In this document: one piece after another, positions 51,981 to 64,000 of the stretch
Layout: the number at the start of each line of letters is the position of its first letter
Position numbering within the stretch: position 1 is the stretch's first letter
Assembly: GCF_000150275.1 (NCBI RefSeq)
Contig: NW_002060943.1
Span: forward strand, 5,972,008-6,036,007
Direction: 5' to 3'
From: Trichoplax adhaerens
Taxonomy: Eukaryota > Animalia > Placozoa
Length of the DNA stretch: 64,000 nt
The notes under the pieces: generated by a model
What the model saw: the letters and a program-made list of their open reading frames with translations, nothing else
Databases searched by the model: none
Told to the model about the DNA's origin: nothing
Program-made: the position numbers and the translations under genes

Positions 51981-54900
51981 ATTAGTCCGATATGGCAATT
52001 GAACCTTCAATAAATACTCTAAATACAGCGGAATAAATTAAAGTAGTACCATTTCAGCATACAGTATAACAACGACACTTGAAAGTGGAAGAAAGAAAAT
52101 AAGCTACGGTCTATTTCCCACACAAGTGATTTGCAAGATACTGCATTGCATTGATGCAAAAAAATCCATATCCCTTCAGCTCTGCAATCCCCGCAAACAG
52201 CCAATTTACGATAATATACAGTACCTAACTCTGCTATACCGTAAAATATTGTATTCGAATTGATACTAAGCGACACCATATCATGCAGTACTTGCATATA
52301 GCCCTAGTTGGTTTAGCTGACTACTTTACAAATATAAAATATATTCAACATTACGTTGGAAATTATTGTAATGCATATCAAGCTAATTAATTCGTTCGTC
52401 CATTTTTAGAAAATCAGTCATTGCAGCCAAGTTCAAATGTTGACTAACTACAGTACGTATACTCATAATCATCATGTGATTATTGGCCAGAAAGAATCTA
52501 AATAAAACCTTATCAACTTCAGTAGCACTGCATGGATATCAAATTCGATACAATAACTTGCTGCACAGGGTAAGAGTAAATGCAGTCAAAATTTTTACTT
52601 GCTTAAATAGTGCAGTGAAGTGATCGTGTTGCACTAGATATTAATCGCTTCACAACAAGTATAGTTCTATTGTGAGAAGTTTTACTATACGAGTGTACGC
52701 ATAGGTATCTAAAGTTCGCTAACCGAGTACAGTATATCTGTCTATATTACGTTATATTTATTTAGTGTCTAAAAACTGTATGACTATTGAATTGTGTCAA
52801 TTCTATATACTTATAATTGAAAGGAATATAGTAATGGACATTTGTGGTTCACTTGGTAACTTATAAATGTTTAAGGAAAATGGATAAGGAAGCCCATTTC
52901 CTTAACAGCTGAGTTATTACCAAATCTATAATATATAGCTTTTAGGTCATTACTTTTGGGTTAGGCCTATAATATACGCGTATATGTACGGACTGCGCTC
53001 ACCATAGACTAACGAGCTACTATGCCATCGTAAGGTTTATAAGATTTCAATATATCACAGTGGTACAGGTAGCTCGACACCATTTACGAGTATAATCGCA
53101 ATTACTTGAACTAATTAGAATACGGAAAATGTACCTATAAACGTTGACCTTTTTTCCGTTATAATAGGTTGAGTATCTAACTTCAGGTATTTTTGAAGAT
53201 TCATCATTATTTCCCTATAAATGAGAAGATGCTTTAATTTAGTTTACCGTCACACAAAAATTAACATCTCAAAGTGGCTTATGAATTGTTTAGCTGCTTT
53301 CGCATACATAATTATATTTATATAATTATAAAAATTTACACAACTACTTGCATAGCTAGCTGCACTATTAGCATGAAAAACAAATTTACAGCCATATTAT
53401 TACTGCTTAAAATTTTATACTGCAATGCTTGCTCAGGAATTTGGGTTCCGTAGTGATACTGCTTTACTAGACGACCTGCAATCGAAGTCACTGTATGTTT
53501 ATCCATTTATTTATTTAACTCTAATTAATTCATGGGGATGATATCAAAATATGCTACCGAATAGGCAGGATTAAAAACTAATAATAACATAACTTTCTTG
53601 CATTTAACAAGAATAATTGGTTAAGACATTGAATGACTACAGTAGATTAGGCATCGCATTATATGCATACTAGTCGATCCCTCACTGGTGATACTGTACT
53701 TGTACTTTTTAGCTTTTTAGTTTACATTGTTATTTGTAACTGTCACTGTAGTAATACCATAGGCCAAGTATTTATGTTTTAGTTTGACTCAGTATGGGAT
53801 CTATATGGCCGTAGAACTACTGTACTGTATGTAATAGTCGGCTATACTGATCCGGAGCTACCTAATGAGGATTAAATTTGGAGATATTCAATGGATGTAA
53901 TTCTAATTCAGTATAATTTAACAAGCAGCAAACGACCTCAATTTAAATCGTCGAAGAGCATCAAACTATTCACTAATGGACACGCCGATAAAAGACAGCA
54001 GCTATGCAGTGTCGATATAAATAAATAAAAATATTCGCAATTTACTTAAGTGGTGTTTACTATTAATAGCTTTAAAATGAAGGCTTCGTACTGTACAGTA
54101 CTGTACTTTACATCCCATTGCAAACATGTTGCAGCAAATGTATCGTTGGTTATTGCGGCATCGAAGCGATCAAATAAATGCAATGAAAGAGCATGCTAGA
54201 CGAACAACTATCGCGATACTGTAATATCAAAGTGATCGTGTTGGCTCTACGTTTGTCTATCAATTCTAGTTGGACATAAAACATTGCAAAATCTAATTGC
54301 AATTACCAAGTGCAATAGCCGATATAGCTCCTATAAAAATTCAGCACGCCTAATTAAGTAGTTCAACGAGAGCAGATCGGTAGAATCTATTCGCTTTGCA
54401 AGTCGCCAGTGATACATAATTAGAATGGGTATAATAGTTAGCCAATGACTACCATTATACAATCATTATCAACTGAATTACTATACATAGCATAAATAAG
54501 GTAATTAGTATCAGCATAAAGGGGGAGGGAGGAGGAAAAAAAAAAATCTTCAATGACTCATACGAAAAGCGTTACGATAATTTATCAGCTACCTTTTCTA
54601 GACTGGCTTCCACTGCTGCCTTTGCATTCGTTTCTGTGATGTTTTCGTTTCCATTCTGCTTCAAGTCGAACATAGTCGTTGCTTCAGATAATTTACTGTG
54701 CTGTACTGTAAATGTTAATGCACAATCGTCTTTCAATTGTCGTGGGGAATTATTGCAGAGTAAAGTCAATTGAATAACCAGCGCGCTTGAAAACTGCTAA
54801 AATCCGATATACCAATGCGAAGTTGACTATGAATTCATCAATTTATAGCCTAAATTGAATTTGGATACGCGTATCTTGTCATGCAAGTGATGACTCTGAT

Positions 54901-55234
54901 TGAAGTTAATTAAAGCAACTAGAATGAAACTACAGTTTGTAGGACATGGAACGTACAATGATGAAATTATGTCCAATTTTTATCATTGATCGCAAAAAGA
55001 AGTTCTTTGTCTCGACTCACTGAGTACTCGTCGTCAAGCCAGGTAGAGATCGATGCTGATTGAATGCAATGTTTGCAAATTAATTTGCAAATAAAGTCGT
55101 TCGCCTACACCAAGTGATTACTATCTACACCAATATGCAAAATGTTGAAATCTTTTCCTTCCAACGCTGCCTTAGGTGTCAAGGTGAAAATAAACATCTA
55201 CGGCCCCCCCAAATTTTACCAAATTGGCAATAAC

Positions 55235-55601
55235 TGCAGTATGACTATGTGCGAACAATGTTCACCCATTAACAGGTCATTCACAGTCGGTACGATCGCC
55301 ACTAGGCTATCAATCATGCTGGATCCTACTGTACAGTGTATAGTACTGTAGCGCACTGTACTGTACGGTGAAGAGTTCACTCTGCCTCAGGGAATTCAAG
55401 TCGTTTGCAGTATGACTGTGTGCGAACAATGTTCATCCATTAACAGGTCATTCACAGTCGGTACGATCGCCACTAGGCTATCAATCATACTGTACAGTAC
55501 TGGATCCTACTGTACAGTGTATAGTACTGTAGTGTACTGTACTGTACAGTACTGTACTGTACGGTGAAGAGTTCACCCTGCCTCAGGGAATTCAAGCCGT
55601 T
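55235..55601 (+). repeat. Tandem duplication, two copies of a ~171-bp unit
   Basis: Copy 1 at 55235-55405 and copy 2 at 55406-~55601 share tgcagtatgact...gcgaacaatgttca...cactaggctatcaatcat...ggtgaagagttcac..tgcctcagggaattcaag. Copy 2 is longer through extra ACTGT/ACAGT units. Confidence 0.93.
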
Positions 55602-55878
55602 TGTGGTGCTGGTTCGAAACGTTTCTTTCTATGGTCGATGACGACACTGACTAGAAAGGTCACCATGCTGGAGCGTGATGGCATGGCGCTACAAGCACTC
55701 GAGAAATACTTGTCACCACCATCCCAGAGTACAGTACAGTGTACAGTACTGTACTGTATGTACAGACTCCGGTATACAGTACTGTAGCTTACAGTACTGT
55801 AGACGGTAGATTGTACTGTATTTGCTTCATCATTTGACAATGCAGCAAATGCCCCTTGTGAAACCCTCTGTATTGAGG

Positions 55879-55935
55879 TGACCTGGATGGCTGGATGACC
55901 TCCTTGCCTGTATGACCTCCTTGTCTTTATGACCT
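55879..55935 (+). repeat. 17-bp period array of four TGACCT hexamers
   Basis: TGACCT starts at 55879, 55896, 55913 and 55930. Confidence 0.85.
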
Positions 55936-57275
55936 CTAGAAAGGGTTCAAGTGTCTCGAAGGCAAACTGATAGTTTGAAGTAAGGCTACTGGCCTTTAAG
56001 CTCGTATGATTTCCAATTGAAAAAAAGGAGAAAAAACTACGATGTGCACTTTAAAATGTACTAGAATAGACGGTTCTGAGACTTTGGGCATTTTGACTAG
56101 GCATGTATTTCGCATTGATATTGAAATGTGGCCGATAGTGATAATCTGCTACAGGATATCAGTTGACCTGATACTGAGATCACCCTAGTTCTTATCTTCG
56201 AAGCCAGTTGGAAAGATGGATCGCCACTGATGTCCTCATAAAATATTGAGTAAAAGCATAGAGGGAATGCTAAGAAAAAAATAATGGTAAACGTAATAGA
56301 ATAATAAGCCGCTACACGGTACTACTGCGCTTGTACGAGTGTTCTGCGTAAGTAGTCATTAGCTCAGGAATCAAACAACGAGATTGCCCAGCACGCCATG
56401 TCGTGCAAATTATTCCATTACTTTCTATCTTCCAACATATCAAATGCTCCCAAAGCGGGTATAAAAGAAAACTAAGATATAAGATGGTCAGAGTGACAAA
56501 TTGCTACAGCATATTGTTCAATAACGATCATTCTGAGTTATTAACTACTTTAAAATACCAGTCAACACTGGAAATTGTATCGAAATTGGAAACCTTTGTA
56601 CTGTATTTACTTCCATTGGGTCATACAGGAATACAATATTCATGTTTTGACAGTCAATACTATGCAATTTAAATGAATAATTTTATCGTCCAATAGAGAA
56701 AAAATTGGAGATTAAAGTGGAACCTGAACGTCTATATTAGCTTAAATTTGACCTGACCTAACTAGGTTTCGAAGTACTACCTAATAATATCTCTTCAATA
56801 CAGTACTGCGCAGAACATAATGATTGATACCGCCACTTTATGCGGGTAGGATGACCAGGACTTAATAATTTGGGCATTTGATGTAGGGATACACAAAGTA
56901 CATCGGTAAAACGATCACATTATATCACTGTAGCCTATGGATCCATTTATACCACCTGTAGATCAGTAAATATGTTTATTACCATCTCTTGTGTATGTAA
57001 TATTTTATTTGATATAAATATATTATTGACGTTGAGCACACTGAAAATTAAATAGATAATTTCATCGGGATACAAAATACTGTTACAATATCCAGTGTGC
57101 CAAGTGATCATTATTACTAGAACAACTTCTTCCTAATAAGGAAATGAAATCATGTAGACACGCCTAGTGGAATAAATAAATCCGTTTGAATTGGACTGAT
57201 GATAATAACTGAAAACGTCCAGCAATTATCTTCATATCACATACAATAATTGTTGAGAAAGATATTAAAATACAA

Positions 57276-60200
57276 CTACATCCTTAAAAATTCACGGTTT
57301 TCTGGGTCTTCCATGTCAAAGTGCGCAGCCTCGCGAATTCTCTGTTCGTATCTCTAAATTGATCAATAATAAAGTGAAATAGATCCTTGAGAAATCTCTT
57401 GATGTGGTTTTCTTATACATTAAAACGATCATTAACTTATGATTTATGACATGACAATGTGCAATAAATTAATTTATCCTGCAAGTCGCTGATGATATTC
57501 GTATATTCATAATTTTAATTAATCAGCTCAGTCAACTCCATAATTTTTACATCGCTATAGTCGTATATACGAGAATGTTAACACATCAATGCTCGGATAT
57601 ACGCGTATACTATACTTTATTACCATAAATTCTTCGGGATCCATATGTTCATTATCCTCTCGCTCTGGGTCCCATCCTTCATCGTGTTCGAATTCTTTCG
57701 ATTCACTAGCTTTAATAAACTCATCCAACGAGATTAAAGCATCTTTATTGGTATCGATCTAGTTAACGTAACGGAAATATTGAAGTTACTGTCATGTTGA
57801 ACGATACTATGCCTTCGCAGGCCGTACTGAAGTTCACCGAACTTATAAATTTTACTGAAATCTCATCTTAACAGCCATTTCTAAATCGGAATATTGCTTT
57901 ATTATCAATATTCTTTATTTCCGATTTACAATTATAAACTCTACATAAACTTTTAGTTATTATTTCTATCGCAAATAATACCCTTAAAATCTCTCTCTAT
58001 GTATTTTATGTATATTAATTATAATATCTCTATATATATCTATGTGTGCAATTGAAATGTAATGCTGCCCAATGCTGCACCTTAGCCTAACATGGCATTA
58101 TGTAGATTAATGTGCTTACATGGAACGTAAGCAAGATACACATTTAAGCTATAAATGCGAATTGGATAGTAATTACATGCTTAACTAAACAATAAAGTTG
58201 TGCGTATAGATAACAATTTCACATCGTAATATTATTTGACTAGCGAGTCACAATAATAAACCATGCCACTTTTCTCTTTGTGAATAAAAAGTGAACCTAT
58301 CTATATTAAGCACCAAACTATAAAACTGGTGCTATAAATCTAGCTATCATAAAATTCCTGATTACGTAGAAATTTATTGTTTTAGACCATGTAAACAATT
58401 ACAGTCTTTAATTCATGACGATAATAATTAAGGTACCTCTCGGACAAAGTGATTGCGCATTCCGGTTGTAATTTTTCTCATTTTCACTTCATCATTGCTA
58501 CCATCATTCTTGGTAAGCTTATGGCTCTACATAAATAATACAATTTACAGTATTTAAATTTACACAGCAAATATAATATACACCAAATGGTATAACTTGC
58601 GATAGATGCATAGAAAATGCACAGCATTTGTTGAAAGACTAATGGTCCTTCACTGAACTACCTGAACTTAAGGAAGTACAATACTATTCCGATGCTTCAT
58701 TCCTTTTTAGCACATTAAAATAATTAATCTGAACGTAACATGTGGCACGTGTATAATCATTTAGTGCTTTTTAAATATCAATTATTACATATTACTAGTA
58801 GATGCCTCGCTCGTTATATTTCACGTATAATACATGTGCTTGGTACTGTACCCACTGTACAATAATTTATCACTGACTCACAATTTTCCTGATTGAGTAT
58901 ATTATATATACACTTAACTCAATCTGATTAATTTATAAATTAATCCATTCTATTGTATAAATTAAATTCTTATCCGTTGTATACGTCTTTAAAAAACTAA
59001 TTATTAACAGTCGTTATAGTCTCCGAAAAGTAAATTTATGACTGAAAAATAAGCTTAAAGTCATTTTTTGATATGTTTATAGACCGCATAACGACTGTAA
59101 CGTAATTTAAATATATTGTTGTAATAGACTCTGATATGAAGAACTGCGATTTATATATTCATATACCAATATATATGTGGTTATAAAGTATGTGTTTATA
59201 TGAATTCCATATAGCAATTATACGAGTCATTATCGAAAATATTTATAAAAAAGTCCTTCAACTTATACAATTAATTGTAATTATACTATCACATTATGAA
59301 TAGTGTGCACGTATAACAGGAAATAGCTAGATTTATAACTAGATTATAGATAGAGTAATATTTTTTAAAAGTTTTAAAAATAAGTTGCTTAAGATTCATT
59401 CGCAACAATAATACGGTTAATAATAATACTATGAATGACTAATATATAATACCTCTCGTTGCATGATTGCGTCTAACTCCGCAAAATCTAATTGTCCATC
59501 ACCATTTAAATCTATACGGGAAAGATAGACATAGTGAGACTTCACACCATAAAATATCATACCGCTTGATGAATGACTCAGTGTAAAATTGGGCGTAACG
59601 ATAGCGAATATATTTAGAAAAATATATCATAAGTTCTAAATTTTCAACAGGGTAATTGCTTAATTTTTATTTACGAGAAATATAGTACATACTCCCGTAA
59701 GCAATTACAACGGTCTCTTACCATGAGCAGCGAAAAATGATCTAGGTGAAAAATCTCCTTGACTAAAGCCATCGTCTTTTTCCCAAACATCTTGTAGTTG
59801 AGCTTTACTTCCCTGTTGTAATAAAAATTATAACTTTAAATGCTATCACTATAAGTAAAAATGCAATAATACAGTGAGAAATAGGACATCTTATCGCCAT
59901 GACAATATTTCAAATTTTAACAAAAGAATGGCCAGTTAGATAGGTAAAGAAAAGTGGAAACTTTCTATATTAATATAGAAAATATACGCGATAGGAATAA
60001 TCACCGGATGATGAAGTTTCGCCTTTTCCTCAGAATTGCTGTGTCCACTTTTGTCATCTTCAGCAGCTTTCGATTGCTCTTTAACCATTTCTTCTATATT
60101 TTTTTTTTCAAGTAACAATTTCTCGTATTCATACCGCATGAACTCCTGATGTTTGGCATCTTCAACTAATCGTATTCCTTCAGCGATCTTGAAATTAGAT

Positions 60201-61335
60201 AAATGATAATTTAATAAAAGTGTAGTAATATTTATTAATGCCTACCAACTTCATCGTAAGTTTATCATATTAAAACCAATCAATCATATTTTGGTGAAAT
60301 ATTGTGATATAAATTAATCTAAACTAAAGAGTATTTAAGTTTACACACAAAAATAATATCAAAAATATCCCTCATAAACTCTAAAATTATATTATATTTA
60401 CTAAGATGTAGCAAAAAGTTTTAACGAGACAAGTCATAAATATGTACAAAACTAGCTTAATGTTGCCAATTCATTTTATTTAATACGGTACTAAAATTTA
60501 ATCTTATTCACGCCCTATTATGCACTAATTAAGTACCTGTTACCTTATTTTTAAAGATTAAATAATAAGAGAGTTGATTTAAAGAAAGTTGATTTGAAGA
60601 AAGCTGAAAATGTTAAAAGCTTACTAAACTGAATAAATATATGGATCTTAATAAGCTGTCAATTGAACTACTATGATACGATTTATTACTGCCAAATTGG
60701 GAAAAGCTATTATATAGACTTTTATCCTTTTATGAGTCCTTCTCTTTGCTTCTTATAATATAGTATTACACACTTATTTATCGGTAGAAAATTATGAACT
60801 ACGATGTCATAAGTACTAAAATAGTTGCCATAACTTTGAGACAGCAAGAAATTTATAGTTTATTTCTTCATCATTTGAATTTAAATGATTAAAACAATTT
60901 CCTCACTTTTTAAATTTACCCACTAACCTCTCCCAATCTTTCTTTGATTCTCTCAATTACTTCATGTGGATCCTCACCATCCGTATTCTGGAATGGTACA
61001 TTTGGATTCTCTTGTTGCTTCTCAGCTTTTCGTAGTTGATTTTGTAATTTTCTTTGTTCACGTATCTTTTCTTGTTCAAGATCATCGAATCTATCTATCA
61101 TTTTTCTACTAAGCTCTTGTAAATTGGGATTAATTTTACCATCTTTACCAAGATCTTCATTCTTGTTCGATTTAATCTTTTCCCTTAGCTCTTTATCTTC
61201 TTTTAACAATTTGGCCGTCTCTTGAACTGCAAGTTGTTCTACCTTTTGAGTCCTATTAGCTGGTGGTCGTGACTCAATTAGTAGAGGCAGTACAAGAAAT
61301 ATAGCATTAATTAAAAGAAATGTTGCAATTTTCAT
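57276..61335 (-). CDS. NUCB: Nucleobindin (NUCB1/2 family, signal peptide + two EF-hands), copy A
   Basis: Exons 61335-60928, 60187-60005, 59812-59722, 59511-59453, 58526-58437, 57758-57624, 57353-57276. Signal peptide MKIATFLLINAIFLVLPLLIES, then EFMRYEYEK, LHHPGSKAQLQDVWEKDDG, EF1 HDLNGDGQLDFAEL and EF2 IDTNKDALISLDEF...GW. Confidence 0.93.
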
Positions 61336-63366
61336 CTTAGTTAGAAATTTAACTTTCCAATACTGCCAAAGAGTTTTACGGTACTATTCTATGATATTAC
61401 TAAACTTTCCGTACTATTTGTTATAGTAATACTCGTATATGCAACTGTTTGTTACTAGATCTTTGTACCTTGCTTTTTAATTAATGCTAGCATCATGATT
61501 AAAGAACATATAATAAAATGTATTATTATGTATTCTTTGCTGCTAGACACTGTGTGGCTACACTGTTAAATCCTCTAGCCGAACTGAATTCATTATTTTT
61601 AAGACAAAGCAATACGTCAGTTCTAAGAACAAAATCACTGCAATAACATCATTCCACCTCCGGTTCATTGTTTTATCATGGTGATCGCTTTCATGAATAG
61701 TTTCTATTTGTAGGCGTATAAGCAATTGTTATATTTTATTCTTCTTGTTGATCCAATTGCAAACGTGTATAATGATTGATCGATAACTAGTAGAACGACG
61801 GCATCAAATTGCCCTTGACAACTATTTTAATAACATAATTCTAATTATTATCATTATCGTAAACCTATGTCTTAAATTCTTATTATTTCTTAGCTCACGA
61901 TCTATCCGGATTTATGTATAATAAGGCAACCTGTTGGTAATGTAATCGGCTTTATTAGATCTTACATGAATTGCTTATTACATCGAACTTTGTAATAACT
62001 AAGTTCTATCAAAAGCCTCAATAATTAATTAAACATGCATACATTGTAGTACTTATTAATTTTATTGGCAGTCTAGAACTGAAGTTCAAGTACTAAAAAT
62101 ACGTCATCCCTATTACTAACTTTATTCTTAGCTGTAATGCAGTTGACATACATTAAAGTGTCTTATATCACGTATCTATGCATAATTTTGCGACAAATTT
62201 TTTGCTCGTAGTTTATTTTTTACACATGTACGAGTGCTGTATATCGCATACTCAATCTTGAGGATCGGTTATATTTAGCTCACACTATTATGTGATAGTT
62301 AAGCTGATAATAATAAGGTTGCCGTTAATTAAATGAGAGAGCAAGAAAAATGGCTTTAAGGGCTGACTCTATAAATGTAAATAAGTCAAATGCGCTTATT
62401 GTATTTTCAGCTTAAACTTAGAATTAGAAATCAACTTATACGCGTATGAGCTACCAAATGTGATAAGCGTCGATGGGAAAGTCAATTTAGCCAATCAACA
62501 TATCCGTACATACTTACTTTCATTGCTATACAATTCAGCATTCCAAAAGTTAAAAGACTTTCGAGTAATTCATTTTGAAATTTGAACTAAGACGGAAATT
62601 GTAATGGATACCATAAAAAATTGCTTTTATCCATGGATAAGTGGATATACCGTGTAAAATCAGTAATACCGAAATAACAATTTTAGGCTATTGAAATCAA
62701 AGAGGAGCTGCATTTTGGTGACCATTTCAGCAATATACCCGCATTTCTTGTGATTGTACTAAACGCTGTCAAACTTTTATAACTCCAATTTAAAGCAACA
62801 TACAGTACCAGTGCATATACATTATAATTGAGAGAATTCTTAAAGCTACCGACAGATAGTGGTCTGAATTGTGAATTTATATTACCCAAAGTGCAATTGT
62901 AATGGCTTTCGCATCAGTACAATCTGGCCTTTATTTCGAATACGCGAACGAGTATCCTACAGTAACACTAATCACTTAGCTCACGATTATTACTTAATTT
63001 CTAAGGATGGCCAAAGAGAATACAGTTAAAAGGATGTAGTAAAATGATACAATGTTCAAATTATGAACGCTTCAAAATTACAGATATATAATTATAAACC
63101 AACGTCAGGTGTAATCCTTAGTACACAGTGAGATAAAAATTAGATGCGCTTCTCGTAAATAATACCTTTTACATTGCACGGGCATGGCATAATAACACAC
63201 CGTAGCTTATTACAGTATTTGCAAAAAGCAGAACGCAATTTAGCAAAATATCATAATGTTATTTTAGGATATTTTGTATGTGAGGGACAATATTCTGTCA
63301 TAGCTTGGTAGTATGTAAAAAATTTTTAGCGTGCAATGATGAAACTTAGTAAATGTTGATTTAAAA

Positions 63367-63940
63367 TTATCGGCGAGGATCCGTTTCTTCACCGGTACGG
63401 ATTTTTATTTTGTCGAATTGGTTACGGGCAGCATCTCTAACTTTTCTTTCATATCGCTAAAATTTAGGTTATCAAAAATGTTTTACTTAAAAAAATTTCG
63501 CAACTGAGACTTGCCCCTCAAAAATTCCTATAAAGTAATTAATAGCATATTTTAATATTTACCTCTAACTCCTCCGGGGTCATTCTTTCAAAATCCTTGT
63601 CTTCGTTAAATGTTTCCCAACCTTCATCTTTTTTAAATTCCGCTTTCTTAGTAGATTTGATAAATTCGTCCAACGAGACTAAGCCGTCTTTGTTTACATC
63701 GATCTATATCCAAAGCAAATACACTTATTATATTATCTTTCACACATACTATTATAGGGAATGCTGTAAATTCTTCTTGAAAACATAACATGTAAATTGC
63801 TAAAATGCCTATGCACGAAGACTACTAAAGATAGTTTACTTAGATACCTCAGTAGATACATGTTGCCTCATACGTTGTAATTCTTCTTTTAATTCTCTTT
63901 CATCATATGCATCTTTATGATTACCAACTAATTTGGAAAC
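63367..63940 (-). CDS. NUCB: Nucleobindin copy B, last three exons; the 5' part lies right of the window
   Basis: Exons 63940-63848 (…EELQRMRQHVSTE), 63703-63563 (IDVNKDGLVSLDEFIKSTKKAEFKKDEGWE…) and 63456-63367 (RYERKVRDAA…*). Exon boundaries and phases match the last three exons of copy A. Confidence 0.9.
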
Positions 63941-64000
63941 CTAATTTAACAAATCATCAGGTTTCAGAAGATTTGAAACAATTATAAATTGAGCATCAGA

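Noticed and set aside
52414-52476. Minus-strand C/D-like pattern with a 9-nt match to a conserved 28S segment (CTTGGCTGC)
   Set aside because: The match is short and does not cover the fifth position upstream of box D, and there is no terminal stem.
54952-55027. Box C/D snoRNA-like pattern (gtac ATGATGA … CTGA gtac)
   Set aside because: No recognisable rRNA-complementary guide next to the D or D' box and no defined host intron; such boxes are common by chance in AT-rich DNA.
912-55840. Many short ORFs rich in YCTV/YSTV/TVQY (e.g. 912-1292, 8824-9159, 23042-23248, 29956-30180, 55592-55840)
   Set aside because: They are translations of the CAGTA/TACTG microsatellite, not proteins.
55235-55935. 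Repeats as a CRISPR-like array
   Set aside because: Eukaryotic context; these are simple tandem duplications without unique spacers or cas genes.

Overview
AT-rich, intron-rich, gene-dense animal genomic window, not prokaryotic. It is most consistent with a placozoan (Trichoplax-like) genome, inferred from compact genes with short GT-AG introns and the dominant ACAGT/CAGTA microsatellite. Genes assembled by hand from splice sites: CEPT1/CHPT1 (first exon only, -), two unidentified multi-exon genes, PHRF1 (+, last exon in an assembly gap), a Shaw/Kv3 potassium channel (+), PRAS40/AKT1S1 (+), Pol I subunit RPA43 (+), Twinkle helicase (-), a CYP4-clan P450 with an intronless CDS (+), RPL27A (-), PGP-like HAD phosphatase (+), AdipoR (-), and two tandem nucleobindins (-). 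Non-coding highlights: a 457-bp Mutator-type MITE (69-bp TIRs, 9-bp TSD) in a divergent promoter; CAGTA arrays near most housekeeping gene starts; nine exact copies of the palindrome ATACGCGTAT; an RFX X-box/CCAAT/CRE module upstream of Kv3; and four TGACCT sites at a 17-bp period. Protein-level oddities include RPL27A lacking His39. Most short ORFs in the supplied track are artefacts of the CAGTA repeats or exon fragments.
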